A stretch of 64,000 bases of DNA from Polyangia bacterium (GCA_035549075.1 DASZRT010000032.1:48488-112487), one strand, 5' to 3'; shown: positions 8,736-19,098, counted from the stretch's first letter. A program made the numbers and translations. Notes: generated by a model not told the origin, from the sequence alone.

Positions 8736-10313
8736 TTGGATGGAACGGCCGCCCGTGGCACAACCATCCAGCGGCAAGGCCCTCCCGTGGCGGTCCAACT
8801 CTCGGAGCCGATTCAGTTCGGCAAATACACGCTCTTCGAGCGCATCGGCCGCGGTGGCATGGCGGATGTGTACAAGGGACGTGTGTCCGGGCCCCAGGGC
8901 TTCGAGCGCGTCTTCGTCGTCAAGCGCATCCTCCCGCACCTGTCCGACGACGCGACCTTCATCAAGATGTTCGTCGAGGAGGCGAAGCTCTCGGCGCGCC
9001 TCGCCCACCCGAACATCGTCCAGATCTTCGAGCTCGGCGCCGTCGACGGCGAGTACTTCATCTCGATGGAGTACATCCGCGGCCACGATCTCGCCGAGAC
9101 GATGCGCGCCATCTGGAAGACGATGGGCCCGCCGCGGCCCGAGCTCGTCGCCTACATCGGTCGCGAGGCCTGCCGCGCGCTGAGCTACGCGCACAGCCTC
9201 GCCGACGAGCGCGGCCGCCCGCTGGGCATGATCCACCGCGACGTCTCGCCCTCGAACATCATGATCTCGTACGAGGGCGCGGTGAAGCTCCTCGACTTCG
9301 GCATCGCCAAGGCGCTGGGCGAGGCGCCCGAGACGACGAAGAGCGGGACGATGAAGGGCAAGTACGCCTACATGGCGCCCGAGCAGACCGAGGGTGACGA
9401 CGTCGATCACCGCATCGACATCTTCTCGTGCGGCATCGTGCTGCACGAGGTGCTCACGGGGCGACGCCTCTTCAAAGGCACGAACGACGTGCTCACGATC
9501 GAGCGCGTGCGCCGCTGCGAGGTGCCGCCGCCGTCGCAGCAGAACCCGATGGTGCCGCCGGAGCTCGACGCCATCATCCTGCGCGCGCTCTCGCGCGATC
9601 GCGACAAGCGGTTCGCGACGGCGGCCGACATGGCCGACGCGCTCGACGACGTCGTGCACGCGGCGCGCTTCCAGCCGACGCACCTCGCGCAGCTGCTGCA
9701 CGACCTCTTCCCCGTCGAGGGCGGCGCGCCGTCGCCGCGCCTTTCGGTGAACGCGAGCCAGCAGGTCACGAGCTCGAGCATCCGCGCGCTGCGCTCGCCG
9801 ACGGTGCCGCCCGTGACGCGCACGAGCACGGCGACGGCGACGCCTTCGCGCTCGGCCGTCGCCGACATGCGCGCCGCCGAAGAGGTCTCGCTCAAGCCGA
9901 AGCCGAAGTGGCGCGGCGCCGCGGCGGCCGTGCTCGTCCTGGGCGCGGGCGGGCTCTTCGTGTGGAAGGGCGGCGTCGCCAAGAAGCTCATGCCGCAGGA
10001 GGATCCCGCGCGGCTCGCGCCCGCGGGCGATCCGTCGAAGCGCTTCCACGTCTTCGTGAAGTCGGATCCGTCGGGCGCCGACATCTTCATCGACGGCGAG
10101 CTCATCGGCGCGACGCCCGTCACGCTGCCGATCGATCTCAACGGCAAGACGGCCGTGAAGATGATCCTGCGCAAGGACGGCTTCGAGGACTACGAGCAGC
10201 GGGTCATCAACGAGATGCCGCTGTCGATCAACCTCAAGGCGAAGCCCGTCGAGCCGCCGCCCAAGGCCGAAGACACGCCACCGCCGGCCGCGCCGGCTCC
10301 CGCCACGGAGTGA
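8736..10313 (+). CDS. Ser/Thr protein kinase with C-terminal PEGA domain
   Basis: Hanks kinase motifs: GRGGMADVYKG, VVKRIL, HRDVSPSNIM, DFGIAK, APEQ. C-terminal PEGA-like segment (VKSDPSGADIFIDGELIGATPVTL). Confidence 0.9.
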   Translation: MDGTAARGTTIQRQGPPVAVQLSEPIQFGKYTLFERIGRGGMADVYKGRVSGPQGFERVFVVKRILPHLSDDATFIKMFVEEAKLSARLAHPNIVQIFELGAVDGEYFISMEYIRGHDLAETMRAIWKTMGPPRPELVAYIGREACRALSYAHSLADERGRPLGMIHRDVSPSNIMISYEGAVKLLDFGIAKALGEAPETTKSGTMKGKYAYMAPEQTEGDDVDHRIDIFSCGIVLHEVLTGRRLFKGTNDVLTIERVRRCEVPPPSQQNPMVPPELDAIILRALSRDRDKRFATAADMADALDDVVHAARFQPTHLAQLLHDLFPVEGGAPSPRLSVNASQQVTSSSIRALRSPTVPPVTRTSTATATPSRSAVADMRAAEEVSLKPKPKWRGAAAAVLVLGAGGLFVWKGGVAKKLMPQEDPARLAPAGDPSKRFHVFVKSDPSGADIFIDGELIGATPVTLPIDLNGKTAVKMILRKDGFEDYEQRVINEMPLSINLKAKPVEPPPKAEDTPPPAAPAPATE

Positions 10314-10372
10314 CGATCGATCGCGCCTTGGCCGTTGACACGGCGGGCGGTCGATCCCAATGCTTGCCGAGC

Positions 10373-11167
10373 ATGTTTCGTGGGCGCAGCGTGGCCGTCG
10401 TCGTCCCGGCCTACAACGAGCGGGACAAGATCGCCGCGACGGTTCGATCGATCCCCGGCTACGTCGATCACTTGATCGTCGTCGACGACGGCAGCGCCGA
10501 CGACACGGCCGACGTCGCGCGCGCGCAGGCCGCGCGTCGCCAGGCCGGCCGCGCCGAGATCATCCGCCACGCCGAGAACCGCGGCGTCGGCGCCGCGATC
10601 GCGACGGGCTACGCGCGCGCGCTCGAGCTTGGCGTGTTCGCGACGGCGGTCATGGCGGGCGACGGCCAGATGGATCCCGTCGATCTGCCGCACCTGCTCG
10701 AGCCCGTCGTCGCGGGCGAAGCCGACTACGCCAAGGGCAACCGCTTCGCGTGGCCCGGCGGCTGGCGCGACATGCCGCGCGCGCGCCTCTTCGGCAGCGT
10801 CGTGCTCTCGCTTGCGACGCGCGTCGCCTCGGGCTACTGGCGCCTCTTCGATTCGCAGTGCGGGTACACGGCGGCGTCGCGGCGCGCGCTGCTCGCGATC
10901 GATCCCGCGCGCATGTTCGGCCGCTACGGCTACCCCAACGACGTGCTCGCACGCCTCGGCGCGAGCCGCGCCCGCGTCGTCGACGTGCCCGTGCGCCCGA
11001 TCTATGGGCCGGCGTGGCGCTCGGGGCTGCGGCCGACGCGCGTCGCGCTGCCGATCGCGGGCTTGCTGCTGCGCGGGTGGTGGCGGCGGATGACCTCGCC
11101 GCGCGTCGCACAGGCGAACGAGGCGATCGCGCCGGCCGCGGTTTCCGTGTCGCGCGAGGTCGCCTGA
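10373..11167 (+). CDS. family 2 glycosyltransferase
   Basis: VVVPAYNE...LIVVDDGSADDT...GDGQMDP are GT2 motifs. Start chosen at the ATG reading MFRGRSVAVVV. Confidence 0.8.
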   Translation: MFRGRSVAVVVPAYNERDKIAATVRSIPGYVDHLIVVDDGSADDTADVARAQAARRQAGRAEIIRHAENRGVGAAIATGYARALELGVFATAVMAGDGQMDPVDLPHLLEPVVAGEADYAKGNRFAWPGGWRDMPRARLFGSVVLSLATRVASGYWRLFDSQCGYTAASRRALLAIDPARMFGRYGYPNDVLARLGASRARVVDVPVRPIYGPAWRSGLRPTRVALPIAGLLLRGWWRRMTSPRVAQANEAIAPAAVSVSREVA

Positions 11168-11172
11168 GCGGC

Positions 11173-12270
11173 GTGCGCGTCGGCGTCGTCACGACGTCAT
11201 ACCCGCGCGGGCCGGGCGACGCCGCGGGCGCGTTCGTCGCCGATCGCGTCGAGGCGCTGCTCGCCGACGGGCACGACGTCGACGTCATCGCCGCGGGCGC
11301 GCCGTCGCGCACGAGCGCCGTCTCGCGCGGCGGACGCCTCACGATCACGCGGCTGCCCGCGCATGTGGGCGACGGCCCCGATCTCTTCGCGGGCGCGGGG
11401 GCGCCCGAGACGCTCGAAGCGGGCGCCGCCGCGGCGTGGCTCGGCGCCGCGCGCTTCTCGGCGGCGCTCGCGGCCGAGGTGCGCGCGCGCGCTTCGGGGT
11501 GGGCGCGCGTCGAGAGTCATTGGCTCGCGCCGTGCGCGCTCGCCGTCGCCGCGGGCGCGCCCGCGCTCGCGCACCGCGCGACGGCGCACTCGGGCGACGT
11601 CGCGCTTCTCGAGCGCGTCCCGTTCGGCCGCACGCTCGCGCGTGCCCTCGTCGCGAGCGGCGCGACGCTCGTGTTCGTGAGCGAGGCGCTGCGTCGTCGC
11701 TTCTCCGCGCTCGTCGGGAGCCATATAGAAGTCGGCGACGTCGAGCGGCTGCGCGTGCCCGCACTTTTTACGCGCGCTTCGCGGCCCGATCGCGCGATGC
11801 GCGCGGCGCTCGGCCTCTCGTCGCCGACCGTCGTCGCCGTGGGCCGTCTCGTGCCGATCAAGGGGTTCGATCTGCTCGTGCGCGCGTGCGCGTCCACCGA
11901 GGGCGGTCGGGTTCCGCTCGTGATCGTGGGCGACGGTCCCGAGCGCGCGCGCCTTCGCCGCCTCGCCGATGGCCTCGGCGTGGATTTGAAAACGCCAGGC
12001 CACGTCGCGCGCGCCGAGGTCGGTGCGTGGCTGCGGGCCGCCGATCTCTACGCACAGCCGTCGCGGGTCTTGCCGAACGGCCGCACCGAAGGGCTCCCGG
12101 TCGCGACCCTCGAGGCGCTCGCGACCGGATTGCCGGCCGTCGTCTCCGACTCGGGTGGCTTGGGCGAGCTCGCGGCGGTGGATTCCAGCGTCGAGGTCGT
12201 GCCGGCGGGCGACGTCCCGGCCCTCGCGCGCGCCGTCCGCCGGGGTCTCGGCCTCGCTCGCGCGGCGTGA
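11173..12270 (+). CDS. family 4 (GT-B, group 1) glycosyltransferase
   Basis: C-terminal EGLPVATLEALATGLPAVVSDSGG is the GT4 E-x7-E-type motif. GTG start 6 nt after the GT2 stop. Confidence 0.8.
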   Translation: MRVGVVTTSYPRGPGDAAGAFVADRVEALLADGHDVDVIAAGAPSRTSAVSRGGRLTITRLPAHVGDGPDLFAGAGAPETLEAGAAAAWLGAARFSAALAAEVRARASGWARVESHWLAPCALAVAAGAPALAHRATAHSGDVALLERVPFGRTLARALVASGATLVFVSEALRRRFSALVGSHIEVGDVERLRVPALFTRASRPDRAMRAALGLSSPTVVAVGRLVPIKGFDLLVRACASTEGGRVPLVIVGDGPERARLRRLADGLGVDLKTPGHVARAEVGAWLRAADLYAQPSRVLPNGRTEGLPVATLEALATGLPAVVSDSGGLGELAAVDSSVEVVPAGDVPALARAVRRGLGLARAA

Positions 12271-12409
12271 GTCAACCTGCGCGATTGTAACGCCCGTGTA
12301 ACCAACTACGCACCGCACCGCGGCTGAAACCGCGCAGCGGGCTACGCAGTGCCCTTGAATAAAGGCCGCAAGTCACTGAAATGACGGTGTTCAATTTTCG
12401 GCACATCGC

Positions 12410-12997
12410 GTGCTGGAGAGACGGGACATGGCCGAGGCAAGCCCCCGCCCGACAGCCGAGCCCGAGATCTCGGTGGTTCTCTCCGTCGGCAACGACGAGG
12501 ACCGCGTCGGACATCACGTTCGTTCGGTCGCCGACCACCTTCGCCGCCTGGGGCGCTCGTTCGAAATCGTCGCCGTCAACGACGGCTCGACCGACAACAG
12601 CCTCTCGATCGCGACGCTGCTCGCGGGCACCGTACCCGAGCTTCGCGTCCTGGCCCGCAATTCGGCGGGACGCGCGTTCTTGCGCGGCGCTTCCGAGGCG
12701 CGTGGCTCGGTTCTCGTGCTGCTTTCGGCCAACAGCGGCCCGTCACTCGCGCCGCTCGGGTGGGCGCTGTCGCGCCTCGCCGCCGGCCGCGACGCCGTCA
12801 TCCTGCGTGGCCGCTACATCGTGGCGCGCCGGCTGGCCACGCTTCCCGTGATCGTTCGCGCCACCGGTCCGGGGTTGTTCTTCGAGTCGATCTTCGAGCG
12901 CCGGGCGCAGGACTTGGGCGTCGACGTCGTCGGATCGCGCCCTCGCCGGCAGACGCCGTTGCTGCTGCGCCCCGTTCTGCGGTTCCTGGCCGCCTGA
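12410..12997 (+). CDS. small GT2-like glycosyltransferase-fold protein
   Basis: ISVVLSVGNDEDRV...EIVAVNDGSTDNS resembles the GT2 N-terminal half. The protein is only about 190 aa. An alternative start lies at 12428. Confidence 0.5.
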   Translation: MLERRDMAEASPRPTAEPEISVVLSVGNDEDRVGHHVRSVADHLRRLGRSFEIVAVNDGSTDNSLSIATLLAGTVPELRVLARNSAGRAFLRGASEARGSVLVLLSANSGPSLAPLGWALSRLAAGRDAVILRGRYIVARRLATLPVIVRATGPGLFFESIFERRAQDLGVDVVGSRPRRQTPLLLRPVLRFLAA

Positions 12998-13081
12998 GCC
13001 GGCCGGTGTCCGGGCGACGTAAGCATTCCTCGTTGCTGGCCGCGCCTCGCCCCGTCCCCGGGGTGGTGGTAACCTAGCGCG

Positions 13082-14110
13082 ATGCTTTCGATCCTAGAGG
13101 CGGTCTTCGGCCTCGGTCTCCTCATCGTGCTGCACGAGGGCGGTCACTTCCTCGTGGCGTGCCTGTGCGGCATGCGCGTCGAGCGGTTCTCGATCGGCTT
13201 CGGTCCGACGCTGCTGGGTTTCAAGCGCGGTGAGACCTTGTTTCAGGTCGCGCCGATTCCTCTGGGCGGCTTCGTCCAGATCACGGGTCTCAATCCGAAC
13301 GAAGAGTTCGATAAGAACGATCCCTACGTTTATCCGAACCGCCCGCGCTGGATGCGCCTGCTGACGATCCTCGCGGGGCCGGCGGCGAACTACGTCACGG
13401 CTTTCGTGCTCATGCTGCTCGTGCTGCTGACCTTCGGCATGCCGTCGAAGACGCAGAAGATCATCGAGCCCGTGCCCGGCAAGCCGGCGGCGCTCGCTGG
13501 CCTGCAGGCGGGCGACGTGCTCGTCGCGGCGAACGGCCAGCCCGTCTCGGCCGACGCGCCCATCAGCGAGATCATCCGCGCGGGCGCGGGCGCGGCCGTG
13601 AAGATCGACGTCAAGCGCGCGGGCCAGCCGATGTCGTTCAACGTGACGCCCGAGCACCAGTCGTCGGGCGCCTACCAGGTCGGCATCCAGATCGGTCCCG
13701 TCGACGAGCGCACGCCCGTCTCGCCGGTGACGGCCGTCAAGGAAGCGCTCGTCTACCCGTACTACACGTCGCTCGGCATCCTCGGCGGGCTCTACGACAT
13801 GATCCGCGGGCGCGTGCACGCCGATCTGTCGGGCCCCATCGGCATCACCAAGCAGATTGCCAAGGCGGCGGACCGTGGCGTCGTCGACTTTCTGGGGATG
13901 ATCATCCTGCTGTCGGTCTACCTCGGGCTCTTCAACCTGCTGCCGCTGCCGGCGCTCGACGGCGGGCGCGCGTTGTTCCTCGCGATCGAGGCGATGACGC
14001 GGCGGCGCGTGAACCCGCGCGTGGAAGCCGCCGTGCACACGGCGGGCTTCGTGCTGCTGCTCGGCGTGCTCGTGATCGTCAGCATCAAGGACGTCTTCGG
14101 CAAGGGCTGA
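13082..14110 (+). CDS. rseP: RIP site-2 zinc metalloprotease
   Basis: HEGGHF (HExxH) in TM1, a central PDZ domain, and the LLPLPALDGG motif. Confidence 0.9.
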   Translation: MLSILEAVFGLGLLIVLHEGGHFLVACLCGMRVERFSIGFGPTLLGFKRGETLFQVAPIPLGGFVQITGLNPNEEFDKNDPYVYPNRPRWMRLLTILAGPAANYVTAFVLMLLVLLTFGMPSKTQKIIEPVPGKPAALAGLQAGDVLVAANGQPVSADAPISEIIRAGAGAAVKIDVKRAGQPMSFNVTPEHQSSGAYQVGIQIGPVDERTPVSPVTAVKEALVYPYYTSLGILGGLYDMIRGRVHADLSGPIGITKQIAKAADRGVVDFLGMIILLSVYLGLFNLLPLPALDGGRALFLAIEAMTRRRVNPRVEAAVHTAGFVLLLGVLVIVSIKDVFGKG

Positions 14111-14113
14111 GCC

Positions 14114-15076
14114 GTGTCGCGGGCGCCGCGCGGATCGCGGATTCACCGCGGGCTCGTCGGCGAACGCGCGCTCGTGGGCACGCCGTACCTCGCCGACGCG
14201 GGGCTGCGGCGCGAGTACGCCGACGAGATCGCGCCGCGCACGACGGCGGCGCTCGGCAAGATCCTCGACGAGGTCTACGCCGAGGCGCCGGCGCCGACGC
14301 GCGCGCTCGATCTCGGCGCGGGCACAGGCGCCGCGGGCGCGACGCTGCGGGCGCGCTTCGGCGCGGCGCTCGAGGTCGTCGCCGTCGATCGCGTCCGTGC
14401 ACCGGGGATCGTCGTCATCGATCTAGAGCTCGAGCGCGAGCTGCCGCGCGATCTCGGGCGCTTCGATCTCGTCGTCGCGGCGCACGTGCTCAACGAGCTG
14501 TTCGGTCGCCGCGACGAGGCGACGCGCGTGGCCGAGCGCGCGGCGCGCGTGCTGGCGTGGGCGCGCGCGCTCGCGCCCGGCGGCACGTTGATCCTCGTCG
14601 AGCCCGCGCTGCGGGAGACGTCGCGCGCGCTGCTCGCCGTGCGCGATCGCGTGCTCGCCGCGGGACTGCACGTCGTCGCGCCGTGCTTCTTCACGGGCCC
14701 GTGCCCGGCGCTCGCGCGCGAGCGCGACTGGTGCCACGACGCCGCGAAGGTGCCGTCCTCGCCGCGCGTCGACTTCAGCTGGCTCGCGCTGCGCCCGTCG
14801 CCGCCGCCCGCGCGCCTCGGAGAGCCGTTGCGCGTCGTGAGCGACGCGCTCGTCGAGAAAGGGCGCCTCAAGATCTTCGCGTGCGGCGCCGGCGGCCGCG
14901 GCGCCTACGTGCGGCTCGACCGCGCGGCCAGCGAAGCGAACGCCGACTTCGCGCGCCTCGAGCGCGGCGACGTGTTCGCGTTCGAGGGCGAGCCGCCGGC
15001 GGCGACCGCCGACGGCGCGCGCGTCGCCGCCGACGCGGTCGTCACGCGCCGAGCTGGCGCTTCGCCTCGCGGATGA
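14114..15076 (+). CDS. class I SAM-dependent methyltransferase (Rsm22-like)
   Basis: LDLGAGTGAAG SAM-binding motif. C-terminal cysteine cluster (APCFFTGPCP...WCHD). Confidence 0.55.
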   Translation: MSRAPRGSRIHRGLVGERALVGTPYLADAGLRREYADEIAPRTTAALGKILDEVYAEAPAPTRALDLGAGTGAAGATLRARFGAALEVVAVDRVRAPGIVVIDLELERELPRDLGRFDLVVAAHVLNELFGRRDEATRVAERAARVLAWARALAPGGTLILVEPALRETSRALLAVRDRVLAAGLHVVAPCFFTGPCPALARERDWCHDAAKVPSSPRVDFSWLALRPSPPPARLGEPLRVVSDALVEKGRLKIFACGAGGRGAYVRLDRAASEANADFARLERGDVFAFEGEPPAATADGARVAADAVVTRRAGASPRG

Positions 15077-15665
15077 TCGGGCGGACGTCGATGCCGAGCA
15101 TGCCGGCGCGGCGCGCCGCCTCGAGGCCGAGATCGGTGTCTTCGTAGACGGTGCACACGGCGGGCGCGACGCCGAGCCGGCGCGCCGCTTCGAGGAAGAC
15201 GTCGGGCTCGGGCTTGTGGCGGACGGTGTCCTCGGAGGCGACGACGGCCGAGAACCACCCGGTGATGCCGATCGTCCGGAGGGCGTTCTCGACGACGCGG
15301 CGCGAGCTGCCCGACGCGACGGCCAGCGGCCCGGCGCGCTCGGCGCGCAGCCCGCGCGCGATCGCGACGACGGGCTCGATGGCGGCGAGCGCGAGCGCGC
15401 CGCTCGCGAGGCCTTCGACGTAGGCCTGCTCCTTCTCGTGCGCGATGACGACGGGATCGTGCGGCAGGCCCGCGCGCTCGAGCAGCAGCGCCGCGATCTT
15501 CGGCGTCGGCACGCCCCCCAGCTCGTAGAAGAGCGTCTCGGGGAAGTCGAGGCCGTACTTCGCGGCGACGTCCTGCCACATCCGGTAGTGCGTCGGCATG
15601 GTGTCGACGAGCGTGCCGTCGAGGTCGAAGATGAACGCGCGCGCGGCGCCGGGCGGGGTCGTCAC
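15042..15665 (-). CDS. HAD-superfamily hydrolase (beta-phosphoglucomutase-like)
   Basis: FIFDLDGTLVDT motif I, a cap domain, and a C-terminal GxDxxxG-type motif. Confidence 0.85.
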   Translation of the reverse strand: MTTPPGAARAFIFDLDGTLVDTMPTHYRMWQDVAAKYGLDFPETLFYELGGVPTPKIAALLLERAGLPHDPVVIAHEKEQAYVEGLASGALALAAIEPVVAIARGLRAERAGPLAVASGSSRRVVENALRTIGITGWFSAVVASEDTVRHKPEPDVFLEAARRLGVAPAVCTVYEDTDLGLEAARRAGMLGIDVRPIIREAKRQLGA

Positions 15666-15754
15666 GTTCGTCGACTCTGGAGAGGCCCGCGCGATCTGTC
15701 AACGGCGCGCCGCGCGAGCGCCGCCCGTGCCGTGCGCTGCTAGACTGGCGTCGC

Positions 15755-17164
15755 TTGGACGAGACGGAAGACATCGCGAAGGACGCGACGGTCGCGGTGA
15801 CGAAGGTGACCGCGCCGCCCGTCGCCTCATCCGGCGACGCGTCGCCAGCGGTGCCGCCTGTCGCGCCGCCGCCGCCCGCGGGAACGTTCGATCCGCTCGT
15901 CGGCGCGACGCTCGCGGGCCGCTACGAGATCGTGCGTCGCATCGGCGAGGGCGGCATGGGCGCCGTCTACGAGGCCAAGCACGCCGTCATCGGCAAGCGC
16001 GTCGCCGTCAAGGTGCTGCTCGAGAAGTTTCTCACGAAGAGCGACTTCGTGGCGCGCCTGCTGCAAGAGGCGCGGCTCGCGAGCTCGATCGGCCACGAGA
16101 ACATTGTCGACGTCACCGACTTCGGCACGACCGACGACGGCCGCTCGTTCGTCGTCATGGAGTTCCTCGACGGCGAGGCGCTCTCGCAGCTGGTGATGCG
16201 CGAGGCGCCGCTGCCGATCGAGCGCAGCCTGCGCATCGCGCGTCAGGTCGCCTCGGCGCTGGGCGCCGCCCACGCCAAGGGCATCTTCCACCGCGACGTG
16301 AAGCCCGAGAACGTCTACCTCGTGCGCCGCGCCGACGCCGACTTCGTCAAGGTCGTCGACTTCGGCATCTCGAAGGCCGTCAAACAAGGCGGCCAACCGG
16401 GCGACGACGGGCCCGACCCGTACCGCCTCACGCACACGGGGCTGTTGCTCGGCACGCCGCTCTACATGTCGCCCGAGCAGGCGCGCGGCGACGAGGACCT
16501 CGACCACCGCGTCGACATCTGGGCGCTGGGCGTGATGATGTACGAGTGCCTCACGGGCGAGGTCCCGTTTCGCGCCAACAACTACCTCGGCATCATCTCG
16601 CAGGTGCTGACGCACACGGCGCCGGCGCCGTCGAAGCTGCGGCCCGAGCTCGGCATCCCCGAGGCCGTCGAGGCCGTCGTCATGCACGCGATGGAGAAGG
16701 ATCGCGCGCGCCGCTATCAAGAGATGGCGGATCTCGAGCGCGACCTCGAGCGGCTGCTCGCGGGCGATCAGAACGTCGGGTTGCCGATCGTCGACGCGCC
16801 CGCGGCGCCCGTCGCCGAGCCGCCGCGGCGGTGGCACCTCGGGGTCGTCGCGGCCGTCGTGCTCGCGGGCGGCGTCGCGCTCGCGCGCGGGCGGCCGTCG
16901 GGCGGGCGAGCGCCCGCGGCCGTGGCGGCCCCCGTCGTCGCCCCACCTCCCGCGGCGATGACGACGACGCTCGATCGCGCGCGCGTCGAGCCGCCCGAGC
17001 CGACGATGCCGACGTCGCCGCCCGCGCACACGGCGAAGTCGCCTCACGCGCGCGCTCGATTAGTTCCTCACGCGCCCGCGGCGCCGGGCGCCGCGCCCGC
17101 CAGCGACTCCGTCAAGCGCGGCGTGCTCCCGTCGGGCTCGCGCGAGGCGTACCCCGACCAGTAG
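15755..17164 (+). CDS. Ser/Thr protein kinase
   Basis: GEGGMGAVYEA, VAVKVL, HRDVKPENVYL, DFGISK, SPEQ. Pro/Ala-rich C-terminus. Confidence 0.9.
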   Translation: MDETEDIAKDATVAVTKVTAPPVASSGDASPAVPPVAPPPPAGTFDPLVGATLAGRYEIVRRIGEGGMGAVYEAKHAVIGKRVAVKVLLEKFLTKSDFVARLLQEARLASSIGHENIVDVTDFGTTDDGRSFVVMEFLDGEALSQLVMREAPLPIERSLRIARQVASALGAAHAKGIFHRDVKPENVYLVRRADADFVKVVDFGISKAVKQGGQPGDDGPDPYRLTHTGLLLGTPLYMSPEQARGDEDLDHRVDIWALGVMMYECLTGEVPFRANNYLGIISQVLTHTAPAPSKLRPELGIPEAVEAVVMHAMEKDRARRYQEMADLERDLERLLAGDQNVGLPIVDAPAAPVAEPPRRWHLGVVAAVVLAGGVALARGRPSGGRAPAAVAAPVVAPPPAAMTTTLDRARVEPPEPTMPTSPPAHTAKSPHARARLVPHAPAAPGAAPASDSVKRGVLPSGSREAYPDQ

Positions 17165-17238
17165 GACCAGCGACGTAGCTTTGCCGCGGCGCTGGGCGGG
17201 CGGTCCCCTCATTTAGTTGTTATTCTGGCGGCGCTCAC

Positions 17239-19092
17239 GTGCGCGTTCGCTCCGTCGCCTGGCTCCTGCTCGTTCTCGTCGTGACGCTGACGGCGCGCTC
17301 GCCATCCGCGCGCGCGGACGACGCGACGGCGCAGGCGCGTTCGCACTACGAGATGGGGCTGCAGCTCTTCGACGCGCGCGAGCACGAGCAGGCGCTCATC
17401 GAGTTCGAGCGCGCCAACGAGCTGAAGTCGCGCCCGGCGGCGCTCTTCATGATGGCCCAGTGCGAGTACTTGCTCGGTCGTCTCAAAGACGCGCGCGCGC
17501 ACTACGCGCGCTATGTCACCGAGAACCCGACCGGCGAGTTCGTCGAGCTCGCCAAGGACCGCGTCGACAGCATCGACAAGCGCCCGAGCACCTTCGTCAT
17601 CAACACGGTTCCCGACGACGTCACCGTGCTCATTCGCCGAGAGCCGGCCGCGGGGCCCGTCGCGGCGCCCGACGTCACGGGCCAGGCGCCCAACAACTTC
17701 CAGGTGCCGCGCGGCCGCTACCGCATCGACGTCACGAAGCCGAACTACCAGGGGCAGACGCGCATCGTCGAGGTCGACGTCGCCGAGACGAAGCCGCTGT
17801 TCTTCAAGCTCGACCCGATCCCTGCGCGCCTCGAGATCACGACGGCGCCCGAGGGCGCGACGCTCTACGTGAACGGCAACCGCGCGCGCAACCCGTACGC
17901 GCAGGACGTTCCCCCGGGCCGCTACGAGATCTTCGCCGAGGCGGCGCAGCACGACAGCCGCACCGTCGAGCTCACGCTGTCGCCCGGTGAGCAGCGAAAG
18001 CTCGTCGGACCGAACCTGCTCTCCCTGCCGTACGTCCGCCGGTCGGGACGCCCCGAGATCATCGTCGCGTCGGGCGTCATCGGCGCGTTCATCGGCGCGG
18101 GCGCCGTCGCGGCGGCGATCGGCAAGCCGCTGCAGAGCCCGGGCGTCGCGTCGGTCTTCCTCGTGACGGGCGGCGGGCTCGCGGGCGCCGTCGGCGGCGC
18201 GCTCATCGCGGCGCCGCTCGTCCCGCGCTACATCCCCGATAACCGCGCGCTCTACGTCATCGGCGGCATGTGGATCGGCGGCGCCGAGGGCGCGGGCCTC
18301 GGCATGGTGTGGAACCAGGTCTCGACGCGCCGGGAGACCGTCGTGGGTCCGTGCACCGGGCCGAGCCCGTGCCGCCCCGCGCTCGGCGAACAGCTGCGCG
18401 CGGGGTTCATCGGCAGCTTGCCGGGCCTCGCGCTCGGCCTCACGGCCGCGGGCCTCACGTCCGAGCGCGCGCCGACCTACGGGCGCGCCGCGCTCATCCA
18501 GAGCGCCGCGCTCGGCGGCATGTTCACGGGCGCGCTCACGCAGCTCGCGCTGAAGTGGCAGCCGTACGGCGCCGGCTGGGAGGAGACCGTGCGCGCGCCT
18601 ACGACGGACGACGCGACGAAAGCGATCAGCGGCGAAGCGCCTCAGATGAGCTGCACGTTCGGGCTCAGCCAGAACTGTGTCTATCGCGAGACCAGCGTGA
18701 TGGATCTCGCGCCGGGCGCGCTCATCGGGCTCAACGTCGGGCTCGCCGCGGGCCTTCTCGGCGCCTACGTGCCAGATCAGTCGAAGTACGGGCCCACGTG
18801 GAGGCGCGTGCTCATCGTCGACCTCGCCGTCGGCACGGGCATGCTCGCGGGCGGCATCACGGGCTGCGTCGCCAACACCGATCACTGCTTGCTCGGCGAG
18901 CCGGACAACCAGGCGCGCGCGATCGTCGGCGCGTCGGCGCTCGCGGGCGGCGCCATCGGCCTCGTGAGCGGCCTCGTGCTCACGCGCCACTTCGACGACG
19001 ACACGAGCGCGCCCAGCGGCCCGTCGTCGATCACCGTCGCGCCCCTCACGTTGAAAGACGGCGCGGGCTTCGTCGCCCTCGGCTCGTTCTAG
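17239..19092 (+). CDS. secreted TPR/PEGA-domain protein with C-terminal Gly-rich membrane region
   Basis: Signal peptide, a TPR-like N-terminal region, two PEGA-like segments (TVPDDVTVLIRREPAAGP..., TTAPEGATLYVNGN...), then long Gly/Ala-rich hydrophobic stretches. Confidence 0.7.
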   Translation: MRVRSVAWLLLVLVVTLTARSPSARADDATAQARSHYEMGLQLFDAREHEQALIEFERANELKSRPAALFMMAQCEYLLGRLKDARAHYARYVTENPTGEFVELAKDRVDSIDKRPSTFVINTVPDDVTVLIRREPAAGPVAAPDVTGQAPNNFQVPRGRYRIDVTKPNYQGQTRIVEVDVAETKPLFFKLDPIPARLEITTAPEGATLYVNGNRARNPYAQDVPPGRYEIFAEAAQHDSRTVELTLSPGEQRKLVGPNLLSLPYVRRSGRPEIIVASGVIGAFIGAGAVAAAIGKPLQSPGVASVFLVTGGGLAGAVGGALIAAPLVPRYIPDNRALYVIGGMWIGGAEGAGLGMVWNQVSTRRETVVGPCTGPSPCRPALGEQLRAGFIGSLPGLALGLTAAGLTSERAPTYGRAALIQSAALGGMFTGALTQLALKWQPYGAGWEETVRAPTTDDATKAISGEAPQMSCTFGLSQNCVYRETSVMDLAPGALIGLNVGLAAGLLGAYVPDQSKYGPTWRRVLIVDLAVGTGMLAGGITGCVANTDHCLLGEPDNQARAIVGASALAGGAIGLVSGLVLTRHFDDDTSAPSGPSSITVAPLTLKDGAGFVALGSF

Positions 19093-19098
19093 GCGGTT

